Assembly: GCA_938008885.1 (NCBI GenBank)
Contig: CALLIV010000116.1
Span: 1,366-65,365 of the forward strand
Reading direction: 5' to 3'
DNA from: an uncultured Rhodospirillales bacterium
GTDB taxonomy: Bacteria; Pseudomonadota; Alphaproteobacteria; Acetobacterales; Acetobacteraceae
DNA length: 64,000 bases
Within the stretch, counting starts at the first letter, position 1, and each line of letters opens with the position of its first letter. The position numbers and the translations under genes are program-made. The notes under the pieces were generated by a model. It saw only the letters and a list, made by a program, of their open reading frames with translations, was not told the origin of the DNA and did no database searches. This document shows positions 9,708 to 20,400 of this stretch, piece after piece.

Positions 9708-10595
9708 TCAGGCGGCCTTTCCGAACAGGCCACGCGGCCGGGTCAACAGGACGATCACCATCACCAGGAATACGACGGTGGCGGAAGCCTGGGGATAGAA
9801 GACCTTGGTCAGACCCTCGATCACGCCGAGGGCGAAGCCGGTGACGATGGACCCCATGATCGAGCCCATGCCGCCGATCACCACCACCGCGAAGACGGTG
9901 TTGATGAAGTTCGTCCCCATGTTCGGGTTCACCGAGTAGATCGGCGCGGCCAGCACGCCCGCGAAGGCCGCGAGGGCGACGCCGCCGGCGTAGGTCAGGG
10001 TGATCAGCCGCGGCACGTCGACGCCGAAGGCCTGCACCATGGGCGCGTTCTCGGTCGCCGCGCGCAGGGTGGCGCCCAGCGAGGTCTTCTCGATGATCGC
10101 CCAGGTGGAGAGGCACACGACCAGGGCCGCCAGCACCACCCAGCCGCGGTAGTTCGGCATGAACATGAAGCCGAGGTTGGTCGCGCCCTGCAGCACGGCC
10201 GGGATGCGGTAGGGCATGCCGGAGGAGCCGTAGGCGTTACGGAACAGGCCCTCGATCACCAGGGCGAGGCCGAAGGTGAGCAGCAGGCCGTACAGGTGGT
10301 CGAGCTTGTAGAGCCGGCTGATGATCGTCTTCTCGAGCAGCAGCCCGAAGATGCCGACGATCAGCGGGGCCAGGATCAGGCTGGGGAAGTAGCCGATTCC
10401 GGCGTAGTTCAGCAGCATCCAGGAGACGAAGGCCCCCATCATGAACAGCGCCCCATGGGCGAAGTTGATGATGTTGAGCATGCCGAAGATCACCGCCAGC
10501 CCCAGCGAGAGCATGGCGTAGAACGCACCGTTGATGAGCCCGAGCAGGAGCTGCCCGAAGAGCAGCGGGCCGGGAATGCCGAAGATCATGAACAT
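9708..10595 (-). CDS. livH: Branched-chain amino acid ABC permease (LivH)
   Basis: GMLNIINFAHGALFMMG and LRAATEN motifs. Confidence 0.9.
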   Translation of the reverse strand: MFMIFGIPGPLLFGQLLLGLINGAFYAMLSLGLAVIFGMLNIINFAHGALFMMGAFVSWMLLNYAGIGYFPSLILAPLIVGIFGLLLEKTIISRLYKLDHLYGLLLTFGLALVIEGLFRNAYGSSGMPYRIPAVLQGATNLGFMFMPNYRGWVVLAALVVCLSTWAIIEKTSLGATLRAATENAPMVQAFGVDVPRLITLTYAGGVALAAFAGVLAAPIYSVNPNMGTNFINTVFAVVVIGGMGSIMGSIVTGFALGVIEGLTKVFYPQASATVVFLVMVIVLLTRPRGLFGKAA

Positions 10596-10628
10596 GGAGA
10601 TTTCCCGGCCGCGCCGTTCCCTTCGTTC

Positions 10629-11852
10629 TTAGGACTTGATGAAGTAGCAGTGACCATCGGCCAGCGGGCGGAACGCCTCGTCGCCGGGGGTCATCGCCAC
10701 CTGCTTGTAGTAGTCCCACGGACCCTTGCTCTCGGAGGGCTTCTTCACCTCGAAGAGGTAGGCGGGGACGAGGTTGCGGCCGTCCTCACGGATCTTGGTC
10801 TTGCCGAAGCAGTCGTCCTCGACCGGCATCGCCTTCATGCGGTTGACGGTGGCGACGCCATCCTTCTTGGCCTCGGCGGCGCCCATGTCGGCGACGGTCT
10901 TCAGGTAGTGCAGGGTCGCCGAGTAGCAGCCGGCATGGATCATGTTCGGCCAGTTGTTCGGCGTCTTCGGCTTCACGCGGTTGGTCCAGGCGCGCGTGCG
11001 GTCGTTCAGGTCCCAGTAGAAGCTCTCGGTCAGGTTCAGCCCCTTGGCGACGTCGAGCCCGAGGGCGTGCACGTCGGTGATGAACATCAGCATCGCCGCG
11101 ATCTTCATCGACTGGTTCAGGCCGAACTCGTTGGCCTGCTTGATCGAGTTCACCGTGTCGCCGCCCGCGTTGCACAGGCCGAGGACCTGCGCGCCGGAGG
11201 CCTGCGCCTGCACCAGGAAGGAGGAGAAGTCGGTCGTGCCCGGGAAGGGATAGGCGGAGGAGCCCATCACCTTGCCGCCGGCCGCGTTCACCAGGGCCGA
11301 GGTGTCGGACTGCAGCTGCTTGCCGAACGCGTAGTCGGCGGTGAGGAAGTACCAGTTCTTGCCACCGGCCTTCACCATGGCGCCGCCGGTCGACTTCGCC
11401 AGCATGTAGGTGTCGTAGGTCCAGTGGATGAAGTTGGGCGAGCACTGCTCCCCGGTCAGCGCGGCGGAGGCGGCGCCGGAGTTCAGGTAGACCTTGTTCT
11501 TCTCCTTCACCACGCCCTGCACGGCGAGCGCGACCGAGGAGGTCGGCACGTCGAGCAGCATGTCGACGCCGTCGCGGTCGAACCACTGGCGCACGATGGA
11601 GACGGCGAGGTCGGGCTTGTTCTGGTGGTCGGCCGAGATGACCTCCACGTTGAAGCCCTTGCTGCCGAATTCCTCGACCGCCTGCTTCGTGCAGATCACC
11701 GAGGTGACGCCGCCGGTGTTGGTGTAGGGGCCCGACTGGTCGTTCAGCACGCCGATCTTGATGGTCGGCGTGCCTTGCGCGCGGGCGCGGACGAGCGGGA
11801 ACGCCGATGAGGCGGCCGCGGCGGATAGCAGGGTACGGCGTGAGATGGTCAT
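10629..11852 (-). CDS. Liv-type ABC substrate-binding protein with Tat signal
   Basis: Start ATG 11852 behind AAGGAG. SRRTLL twin-arginine motif; IKIGVLNDQSG and ADHQNKPD motifs. Confidence 0.92.
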   Translation of the reverse strand: MTISRRTLLSAAAASSAFPLVRARAQGTPTIKIGVLNDQSGPYTNTGGVTSVICTKQAVEEFGSKGFNVEVISADHQNKPDLAVSIVRQWFDRDGVDMLLDVPTSSVALAVQGVVKEKNKVYLNSGAASAALTGEQCSPNFIHWTYDTYMLAKSTGGAMVKAGGKNWYFLTADYAFGKQLQSDTSALVNAAGGKVMGSSAYPFPGTTDFSSFLVQAQASGAQVLGLCNAGGDTVNSIKQANEFGLNQSMKIAAMLMFITDVHALGLDVAKGLNLTESFYWDLNDRTRAWTNRVKPKTPNNWPNMIHAGCYSATLHYLKTVADMGAAEAKKDGVATVNRMKAMPVEDDCFGKTKIREDGRNLVPAYLFEVKKPSESKGPWDYYKQVAMTPGDEAFRPLADGHCYFIKS

Positions 11853-11869
11853 TGGGCGCTCCTTGGTCG

Positions 11870-12181
11870 TCAGGTCGTCACCAGCGGGCAGACACCCCCG
11901 CCGCCCGGGCGGATCGCCGGATCGGCTGGGGTGGCGGCCTGTGGCTCGTCGTCGTTCCACGCTTCCTTGCCGTCGAAGGGCGTTCCGCCCCCGTGGAGAT
12001 GGAACGGCTGGATCTTGCGTCCGTCGGTGCGGATGGCGCTGGCGGGGACGCCACGGCCGATCCGGATCGTCGCCGTCGCCGTCCCCATCGCCGTCTCCGC
12101 CGTCTGCACGCGCGCACGCGCCGCGGACCCGGCGGCCACGGCCGTGGGGCAGGCGATCAGGGCGCGGTGGGAGAGACGCAT
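11870..12181 (-). pseudogene. Internally deleted mini-paralog of the adjacent binding protein (pseudogene or small protein)
   Basis: N-terminus (MRLSHRAL..RARVQ..TIRIG) and C-terminus (IRTDGRK..W..TPADPAIRP..C) align with the two ends of the 10629..11852 protein; GAGGA RBS is present. Confidence 0.7.
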
Positions 12182-12358
12182 TGGCGGTTTCCTCTGGTCA
12201 CCATTGTCTCGGCGGCGAAGCTCTCGGCGGAGATGTCGTGAGCGGTGGTGGTCGTGGCCGTTGGCGTGGGTGGCGTGGTGTGCGGTGGCGTCGTGTGCGT
12301 GGCGGTGATGTCGGGGGCGGGCCGGGACGTTTCCCGTGGAACGACCGGGTGCGGCCGG

Positions 12359-13054
12359 TCAGACGCCCAGGTATTCGTGCAGCTTGTCCATGCTCGATTC
12401 GAGCTGGTGGTTCGGGATCATGTCGACGACCTTGCCGTGCTCCATGACGTAGTGGCGGTCGGCGACGGTCTGGGCGAAGCGGAAGTTCTGCTCCACCAGC
12501 AGGACGGTGAAGCCGCGCTTCTTGATTTCGCGGATGGTCCGGCCGATCTGCTGCACGATGACCGGCGCGAGGCCTTCGGTCGGCTCGTCCAGCAGCAGCA
12601 TCTTGGCGCCGGTGCGCAGGATGCGGGCGATCGCCAGCATCTGCTGCTCACCGCCCGACAGCCGGGTGCCGTGCGCGGTGCGGGCGCGTTCCTTCAGGTT
12701 GGGGAAGAGCTGGTAGATCGTGTCGATGTCCAGTCCGCCCGGTGCGACCACCGGGGGCAGCATCAGGTTCTCGGTGACCGAGAGGGAGCCGAAGATGCCG
12801 CGCTCCTCGGGGCAGATCGCGATGCCCGCCTTGGCGACGTGGTTCGGCATCATCTTGATCGTCTCGGCGCCGCGGAAGCGGATGCTGCCTTCGCGCCGGG
12901 GCACCAGGCCCATGATCGACTTCATGGTCGTGGTCTTGCCGGCACCGTTGCGGCCCAGCAGCGTCACGACCTCGCCCTCGCGGACCTCGAGGTCCACGCC
13001 GTGCAGGATGTGGCTCTCGCCGTACCAGGCGTTGAGTCCCTTGATCTCAAGCAT
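12359..13054 (-). CDS. livF: ABC ATP-binding protein LivF
   Basis: Walker A GRNGAGKT, LSGGEQQMLAI and LLLDEPTEGLAP. Confidence 0.95.
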   Translation of the reverse strand: MLEIKGLNAWYGESHILHGVDLEVREGEVVTLLGRNGAGKTTTMKSIMGLVPRREGSIRFRGAETIKMMPNHVAKAGIAICPEERGIFGSLSVTENLMLPPVVAPGGLDIDTIYQLFPNLKERARTAHGTRLSGGEQQMLAIARILRTGAKMLLLDEPTEGLAPVIVQQIGRTIREIKKRGFTVLLVEQNFRFAQTVADRHYVMEHGKVVDMIPNHQLESSMDKLHEYLGV

Positions 13055-13799
13055 GCTCGCTTCCCAGGTAGGCGGCGACGACCTCGGGGTTCTTCGAGAC
13101 CGAGGCGTAGTCGCCTTCGGCGAGCACCTTGCCGCGGGTCAGGACGGTGATGGTGTCGCACAGGCCTTCCACCACCGAGAGGTTGTGCTCGACCATCAGG
13201 ATCGTGCGGTTCGCGCGAATGCGGCGGATCAGCTGCACGATCAGGTCGACGTCGCTGTGCGTCATGCCGGCGGTGGGCTCGTCGAGCAGCATCATCTCGG
13301 GATCGAGCGCGAGCGTGGTCGCGATCTCGAGCGCGCGCTTGCGACCGTAGGGGAGCTGCGTGACCGTGGTCTCGGCGTAGCCCGACAGCCCGACGTCGTA
13401 GAGCAGCTCGTGCGCGCGGTCGTTGTAGACGTGCAGCGCGCGTTCCGACCGCCAGAAGTCGAAGCTCGTGCCGCGCGCGCGCTGCAGCGCGAGCCGGACG
13501 TTCTCGAGCGCGGTCAGGTGTGGGAACACCGCCGAGATCTGGAAGCTGCGCACGAGGCCGAGCCGCGCGACCTGGGCCGGCTTGAGACCGGTGATGTCGC
13601 GGCCCTTGAAGCGGATCTTCCCGCGCGTCGGCTGCAGGAACTTGGTCAGCAGGTTGAAGCAGGTGGTCTTCCCGGCCCCGTTCGGGCCGATCAGCGCATG
13701 GATCGTGCCGGTCCGGACGCGCAGGTCCACCCCGTCGACTGCGACGAAGCCGCTGAATTCGCGGGTCATGCCCGCGGTCTCCAGGATGGTGTCGTTCAC
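13047..13799 (-). CDS. livG: ABC ATP-binding protein LivG
   Basis: GPNGAGKTT, LPYGRKRALE, LLDEPTAG and EHN motifs. Confidence 0.95.
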   Translation of the reverse strand: MNDTILETAGMTREFSGFVAVDGVDLRVRTGTIHALIGPNGAGKTTCFNLLTKFLQPTRGKIRFKGRDITGLKPAQVARLGLVRSFQISAVFPHLTALENVRLALQRARGTSFDFWRSERALHVYNDRAHELLYDVGLSGYAETTVTQLPYGRKRALEIATTLALDPEMMLLDEPTAGMTHSDVDLIVQLIRRIRANRTILMVEHNLSVVEGLCDTITVLTRGKVLAEGDYASVSKNPEVVAAYLGSEHA

Positions 13800-14337
13800 C
13801 CCCGGACGTCTCCCATGAAAACGGATTGATCCCTGTGGGGCGGGTGATTTGCATATCGTGGCGCGGGGCGCAAGATTGTTTCAGACGAAGGCAAGCCGGT
13901 GAGCGGCGTTCCCGCTGCGATCCGGAGGCTGGCCAGAGCCCATGTGACCGCGGCTGCCGTACCACGAACCCGTGCTTCACGGGCGATCGGCGGTCGAACC
14001 CCTTGCACCGGCCACGAATGATGCCCCGTGCGGTCGGAGCCTTGCCTCCGCGCGCGTTCTTCGTGCCCGGCCATGCCTCGATGGGATACACGCTGGACAT
14101 AGACCCGTTACACGCGGATGGGACGAGCTCCATCGTGCCCGTCGCTCCGCCCGTCTCCTCGATCCGATCCTGCCGGCCGGCCCTCCGCCGTCCAGGTGGA
14201 GCCATGAGCGCCGGGAGGGCGCACCGACCGTGCCGCGACACCGCATCCATCCGACCTCCCTCGACCGTGCCCAGGCCCTGGCCTCGGGCGACGCACGTGG
14301 CCCATCCCGTGACCACGCGCCCGCCCACGCTCGGCGT

Positions 14338-14387
14338 CATCCCTGGGGCCACCCCTGGGGCCATTCCGGGGGCCATGTCCCCGGGGC
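14338..14387. repeat. 12-bp tandem repeat (caYYccYggggc), three units plus one variant
   Basis: catccctggggc cacccctggggc cattccgggggc catgtccccggggc, about 22 bp upstream of the RND operon start. Confidence 0.7.
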
Positions 14388-14409
14388 GGCGATCCGTCCC
14401 GCCGCCCGC

Positions 14410-15978
14410 ATGAACGCGATGTCATCTTCCCCGCCGCGCGCCCCGGCCGGCGCTTCGCCCGTCACCGGCCTGGGGCGGGTCGCGGCGCGTCTCGCCCTGG
14501 TGGCGGTGGCCGCGGGCCTGCTCGCCGGGTGCAGCCTCGGCCCGGACTACCGGCGGCCGGACCAGGAAATCCCGGCCGCCTACCGCGCGAGCGCCGCGAC
14601 CGAGGCCCAGGCCTGGCCCTCGCCCGAATGGTGGCGCGGCTTCCGCTCGCCGGAGCTGGACCGGCTCATCGCCGAGGCGCGGGCGGCCAATTTCGACATC
14701 GCCGCCGCGATCGCGCGGGTGCGGCAGGCGGACGCCCAGCTCCGCATCGCCGGCGCCGGCCTGCTGCCCACGCTGGACGCGACCGGCAGCGCGCAATGGC
14801 AGCGGACCGGGCTGCGCACCGGCTCCAACCGGCTCACCAGCTCCTCCGGCAACAGCGCGATCGAGACGCGCAGCTACGCGGTCGGCCTCAACGCCGCCTA
14901 CGACATCGATTTCTGGGGCAGCGCGCGGGCGACCCGGTCCAGCGCCGCCGCGCTCGCGCTGTTCAGCCGGTTCGACCAGGAGACGGTGGCGCTCACCGTG
15001 GTGAGCAACGTCGCCACGACCTGGTTCACCGCGCTCGCCTATGCCGACCGGCTGGCGGTCGCGCGGCGCAACCTGGCGGATGCCGAACAGACGCTGGCGG
15101 TCATCCGCGGCCGGTTCGCGGCCGGCACCGCCAACGCGCTGGACGTCGCGCAGCAGGAATCGCAGGTCGCGATCGAGCGGGCCGTCATCCCCAACCTGCA
15201 GAACCAGATGGAACAGCAGGTGATCGGCCTCGGCATCCTGATCGGGCGGCCGCCCGAGGCGGTGACGGTCCAGCCCGGCACGCTGGACACGCTGGCCCTC
15301 CCGGAGGTCGCGCCCGGCCTGCCGTCCACGCTGCTCGAGCGGCGGCCCGACATCGCCTCCGCCGAGGCGCAGCTCGTCGCCCAGAACTTCAACATCCAGG
15401 TGGCACGCGCCGCGTTCTTCCCGACGATCCAGCTCACCAGTTCGGCGGGATACCAGGCCGCGGCGCTGAACCAGCTCGTCGGGCCGGGCGGCATGCTGCT
15501 CTCGCTGGCGGCGGGGTTGACGCAGCCGATCTTCGACGGCGGGACCCTCCGGGGCCAGCTCGACCTCAGCAAGGCGGAATATGCCGAATACCTCGCCAAC
15601 TATCGCAAGGCGGTGGTGCAGGCCTTCACCGACGTGGACCTGGCGCTGACCGCCTGGCGGTTCACCTCCGAACAGGAGAAGCTGCAGCGGGAGGCGGTCG
15701 CCCGCGCGCAGCGGGCCGCCGATATCGCGCGGGCGCAGCTCCAGGCCGGGACGGTGGACATCACCACGGTGCTGACCGCCGAGACCACCCTGTTCAACGC
15801 CGAGGACACGCTGGTGCAGGTGCGCCTCTCGCGGTTCCAGGCGCTGCTCTCCCTCTACAAGGCCCTGGGCGGCGGGTGGGAGCGCCCGGCCGGCGCGATC
15901 CCCGACCTGGTGCCGCCGCTCGATCCCGGCCAGGTGCTGGGCGGGGTGGCGCTGCCCGTCGGAGGCAACCTGCGATGA
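14410..15978 (+). CDS. RND outer-membrane factor lipoprotein
   Basis: Start reassigned to ATG 14410. Lipobox LLAGC then SLGPDY; LLERRPDIASAE and LYKALGGGW motifs. Confidence 0.92.
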   Translation: MNAMSSSPPRAPAGASPVTGLGRVAARLALVAVAAGLLAGCSLGPDYRRPDQEIPAAYRASAATEAQAWPSPEWWRGFRSPELDRLIAEARAANFDIAAAIARVRQADAQLRIAGAGLLPTLDATGSAQWQRTGLRTGSNRLTSSSGNSAIETRSYAVGLNAAYDIDFWGSARATRSSAAALALFSRFDQETVALTVVSNVATTWFTALAYADRLAVARRNLADAEQTLAVIRGRFAAGTANALDVAQQESQVAIERAVIPNLQNQMEQQVIGLGILIGRPPEAVTVQPGTLDTLALPEVAPGLPSTLLERRPDIASAEAQLVAQNFNIQVARAAFFPTIQLTSSAGYQAAALNQLVGPGGMLLSLAAGLTQPIFDGGTLRGQLDLSKAEYAEYLANYRKAVVQAFTDVDLALTAWRFTSEQEKLQREAVARAQRAADIARAQLQAGTVDITTVLTAETTLFNAEDTLVQVRLSRFQALLSLYKALGGGWERPAGAIPDLVPPLDPGQVLGGVALPVGGNLR

Positions 15979-16134
15979 CCAGGAACCGCTCGGTTTCGTC
16001 ACGGGGGCGCCAGCCCGACGAGGAGCACGACCGCCGGCCCGACGGCGCGCAGGGCCGCCGGCGGAATCGGGCGACCGGCCATTGGCACCTCGCCCCCGTG
16101 TCCCGATATCGCGTCCAGCCCCGGAAGGACCGAC

Positions 16135-17397
16135 ATGGATAGCCTGACCCGAGACCCGGTGGAGCTGCGTCAGCGCGCGCGCGTGCGGCGGTGGCCCATG
16201 CTGCTGCTGTGCCTGCTCGCCATCGCGGCGATCATCGGCGCGGTGTGGTTCTGGCCGTCCGGGTCCGGCGGGCCGGCCAGCCGCAACCGGGTCAGCGGCC
16301 AGCCCATCCCCGTCCTCGCCGCCCCCGCCGCAATCCGCGACATGCCCATCTTCCTCGACGGGCTCGGCACCGTGCAGGCCTTCTACACGGTCACGGTGAA
16401 ACCCATGGTCGACGGCCCGCTGCTGTCGGTGAACTTCACCGAGGGGCAGGACGTGAAGAAGGGCGACGTGCTGGCGCGCATCGACCCGCGCACCTACCAG
16501 GCCGCGCTCGACCAGGCGGTGGCCAAGAAGGCGCAGGACGAGGCGCTGCTCGCCAACGCCCGGTCCGACTATGCGCGCTACCAGAAGCTGGTGGCGAACA
16601 ACTACACCTCCGCCCAGCAGGCCGACACCGCCAAGTCCCTGGTCGCGCAATACGAGGCGCAGGTGCGCCAGGATCAGGCGCAGATCGAGACCGCGCAGAC
16701 CAACCTCAGCTACACCACCATCACCTCCCCGATCGACGGCCGGACCGGGATCCGACAGGTCGATCCGGGGAACATCGTGCATGCCTCCGACGCGACCGGC
16801 ATCGTCGTGATCACGCAGCTCCAGCCGATCTCGGTGGTGTTCACCCTGCCGCAGCAGGAGCTGCCGGCCGTCGCCAAGGCGCTGCGCGCGGGACAGCCCA
16901 AGGTGCTCGCCTATGCGGAAGGCTCGAATGGCGGCGCGGCGACGCTGCTCGACACCGGGACGCTCGCGGTGCTGGACAACCAGGTCGACTCGACCACGGG
17001 CACGATCAAGCTGAAGGCGACCTTCCCGAACCCGGACCACACGCTGTGGCCCGGCGGGTTCGTGCGCGTGCAACTCCAGGTGGACACGGCGCATGGCGCG
17101 GTGGTCGTCCCCCCCGCCGCGGTGCAGCGCGGGCCCCGCGGCCCCTACGTCTTCGTCATCGACGGCGAGACGGTGAAGCGCCAGGCGATCACCACCGGCT
17201 ACGAGGACGAGCACGCCTCGATCGTCACCAGCGGCCTGAAAGGGGGCGAGAAGCTGGTGACCGACGGCGCGTCCCGCCTGTCGGACGGCAGCAAGGTGGC
17301 CGTCGTGCCGCCCGCCGGAGCCGCCCAGGCGCCGGGACCGGACCAGGTGAGCCCGCCCGGCGCCCGCCGGCCGCGCAACGCCGGCGCACCCGGGTGA
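16135..17397 (+). CDS. mdtA: RND periplasmic adaptor, MdtA/MuxA family
   Basis: N-terminal TM; GLGTVQA, ITSPIDGRTG, DNQVDSTTGTIKLKA and LWPGGFV motifs. Confidence 0.92.
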   Translation: MDSLTRDPVELRQRARVRRWPMLLLCLLAIAAIIGAVWFWPSGSGGPASRNRVSGQPIPVLAAPAAIRDMPIFLDGLGTVQAFYTVTVKPMVDGPLLSVNFTEGQDVKKGDVLARIDPRTYQAALDQAVAKKAQDEALLANARSDYARYQKLVANNYTSAQQADTAKSLVAQYEAQVRQDQAQIETAQTNLSYTTITSPIDGRTGIRQVDPGNIVHASDATGIVVITQLQPISVVFTLPQQELPAVAKALRAGQPKVLAYAEGSNGGAATLLDTGTLAVLDNQVDSTTGTIKLKATFPNPDHTLWPGGFVRVQLQVDTAHGAVVVPPAAVQRGPRGPYVFVIDGETVKRQAITTGYEDEHASIVTSGLKGGEKLVTDGASRLSDGSKVAVVPPAGAAQAPGPDQVSPPGARRPRNAGAPG

Positions 17398-17458
17398 CAC
17401 CGATGGGCCTCTTCGCTCGTCGGTATCATGGACTGGGGTTGGTGGGGCAGCCGGCGCC

Positions 17459-20400
17459 ATGAACATCTCCGCCCCGTTCATCAGCCGGCCGATCGCGACC
17501 TGGCTGCTGGCGATCGCGATCCTGCTCGCGGGCGGCCTCGGCTACCGCGCACTGCCGGTCTCGGCGCTGCCGGAAGTCGACTTCCCCACGATCCAGGTCG
17601 TGACGCAGCTTCCGGGTGCGTCGCCCGAGACGGTGGAGGTGCTGCTCACCGCGTCGCTCGAGCGCCAGTTCGGCCAGATCCCCGGCCTGCTGAACATGAC
17701 GTCGCAGAGTTCCGAGGGGACCAGCCAGATCACGCTGCAGTTCGACCTGAACCGCTCGATGGATTCGGCGGCGCAGGACGTGCAGGCGGCGATCAACGCG
17801 GCGGCGGGCACGCTGCCCGCGAACCTTCCCTATCCGCCCACCTATTCGAAGGTGAACCCGGCCGACGCGCCGATCCTGACCATCGCGCTCACCTCCGACA
17901 GCCTGCCCATCGACGTGGTCAGCGACGCGGCGGACACGCTGCTGCAGCCGAAGCTCGCGCAGATCGACGGCGTGGGCCGCGTGACCGTGCAGGGCGGCAT
18001 GCGCCCGGCGGTGCGGGTGCGGGTCGATCCCGCGCGGCTCGCCGCCTACGGGCTGTCGATGGAGGACGTGCGCACCGCCGTCTCCCAGTCCACCGTGAAC
18101 GGTGCCAAGGGCGGGTTCGACGGCCCGCGGCTCGCCTTCGCCCTCGGCGCGAACGACCAGCTCGTGGATGCGGCCGCCTACCGGAACCTGGTGATCGCCT
18201 GGCGCAACGGCGCCCCGGTGCGGCTGTCGGCCGTGGGCAGCGTGATCAGCGGGGTGGAGAACGACCGCGTCGCGGCCAGCTGGAACGGCACGCCCGCCGT
18301 GGTGCTGGACGTGCAGCGCCAGCCCGGCGCCAACATCGTGCAGACCGTACAGGCGGTGAAGGCCCAGCTCCCGGTCCTGGAGCGGGCCATGCCGTCCGGC
18401 ATCAGGCTGACCATCGCGAGCGACCGCACCGAGACGATCCGCGCCTCGGTGGCCGACGTGCAGTTCACGCTGGTGCTGGCCGTGGGACTGGTGGTGCTGG
18501 TGATCTTCGCCTTCCTCCGCTCCTGGCGCGCCACCTTCATCCCCGCCGTCGCGCTGCCGCTGTCGCTGATCGGCACGTTCGGGGTGATGCACCTGCTGGG
18601 CTACGCGCTCGACAACCTCTCGCTGATGGCGCTGACGGTCGCGACCGGCTTCGTGGTCGACGACGCGATCGTCATGATCGAGAACGTGGTCCGCTTCATC
18701 GAGGAGGGCGTCTCGCCGCTGCAGGCCGCCTATCGCGGCGCGGCGCAGATCGGCTTCACCATCGTCTCGCTCACCGTCTCGCTGATCGCGGTCTTCATCC
18801 CGCTGCTGTTCATGACGGGCGTGGTCGGGCGCCTGTTCCAGGAATTCGCGGTCACCCTGTCGGTCGCGGTGGTGGTCTCGGCCGTGGTCTCGCTGACGCT
18901 CACCCCCATGATGTGCGGCCGGTTCCTGCGGCCGGCCCGTGAAACGCCGCCCGGCCGCCTCTCGCGCTGGAGCGAGGGCGCCTTCGAGCGGCTGCTGGGC
19001 GCCTATCGCCGCTCGCTGGACTGGAGCTTCGGGCACCAGACCCTGGTGCTGGTCGTCGCGGTGCTGACCCTGGTGGGCACGGTGGTGCTCTACGTCGTGG
19101 TGCCCAAGGGCTTCCTGCCGCAGCAGGACACCGGCGTGCTGCTCGCGGTGACCGAGGCGTCCCAGAGCGTCTCCATCCCCCGGCTGGTCGAGCTGCAGGA
19201 CCAAGTTGCCGCGAAGGTGCAGGCCGACCCCGCCGTGAGCGGCGTCGTCTCCTTCGTCGGCGCCGGCACGATCAACGCCACGCCGAATGTCGGGCGCCTG
19301 ACCATCTCGCTGAAGCCGCTGCGGGAGCGGGACGGCGCGCCCGCGGTGATCGCGCGGCTGCAGGCGGCGATCGCGGGCATCCCCGGCATCACCGCGTTCT
19401 TCCAGCCGGTTCAGGACATCCAGATCGGCACGCGGGTCAGCCGCACGCAATACCAGTATACGCTGATGGACACCGATCCGGCGGAACTCGCGACCTGGGC
19501 GCCGAAGCTGCGCGCGGCGCTGGCCGCGCTGCCGGAGCTGCGCAACGTCGCCTCCGACCAGCAGAACGAGGGCTTCCGCACCTTCGTCACGGTCGACCGC
19601 GCGGCGGCGATGCGGCTGGGTGTCACGATGCAGGCGGTACAGGACGTGCTGTACGACGCGTTCGGCCAGCGCCAGATCGCCACGATCTTCGGCCAGGCCA
19701 ATCAGTACCGCGTCGTGCTGGAGGCCGATCCGTCCTGGCAGGCCGATCCCACGTCGCTGCGCCTGCTGCGCGTGCCCGGCACCGACGGCGCGCAGGTGCC
19801 GCTGACCGCGATCGCGACGCTGCACCAGGGAATCGCGCCGCTGGTCATGACGCATCAGGCGCAGTTCCCCGCCGTGACGCTGAGCTTCGACCTCGCGCCC
19901 GGCGCCTCGCTGGGCCACGCGGTGGACGCGATTGCCGCGGCCGAACGCCAGATCGGCATGCCGGACACGATCAGCGGCACCTATGCCGGCGACGCGGCGG
20001 AGTTCCAGCGCTCGCTCGCCGCCGAACCCTGGCTGATCCTGGCCGCGGTGGTGGTGATCTACATCGTGCTGGGCGTGCTGTACGAGAGCTGGATCCACCC
20101 GATCACCATCCTGTCCACGCTGCCCTCGGCCGGCATCGGGGCCCTGCTGGCGCTGATGCTGTGCGGCGCCGACCTGTCGCTGGTGGCGCTGGTCGGCATC
20201 GTGCTGCTGATGGGCATCGTGAAGAAGAACGCCATCATGATGGTGGATTTCGCGATCGAGGCGGAACGCGAAGCCGGCGCCGCCCCGCTGGCCGCGATCC
20301 GCGAGGCCTGCCTGCTGCGCTTCCGCCCGATCATGATGACGACGATGGCGGCGCTTCTCGGGGCCTTGCCGCTGGTGCTGGAGCACGGCTCCGGCTCCGA

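Noticed and set aside
8773-10116. 447-aa ORF as an extended LivM
   Set aside because: The N-terminal part overlaps livH in another frame; the real start is 9705.
12240-12310. GT-rich low-complexity tract between the mini binding-protein ORF and livF
   Set aside because: No regular unit or structure; treated as neutral spacer.
13800-14410. 600-bp intergenic region as a possible riboswitch or hidden gene
   Set aside because: No riboswitch consensus, terminator or credible ORF recognised by eye; an Rfam scan would be needed.
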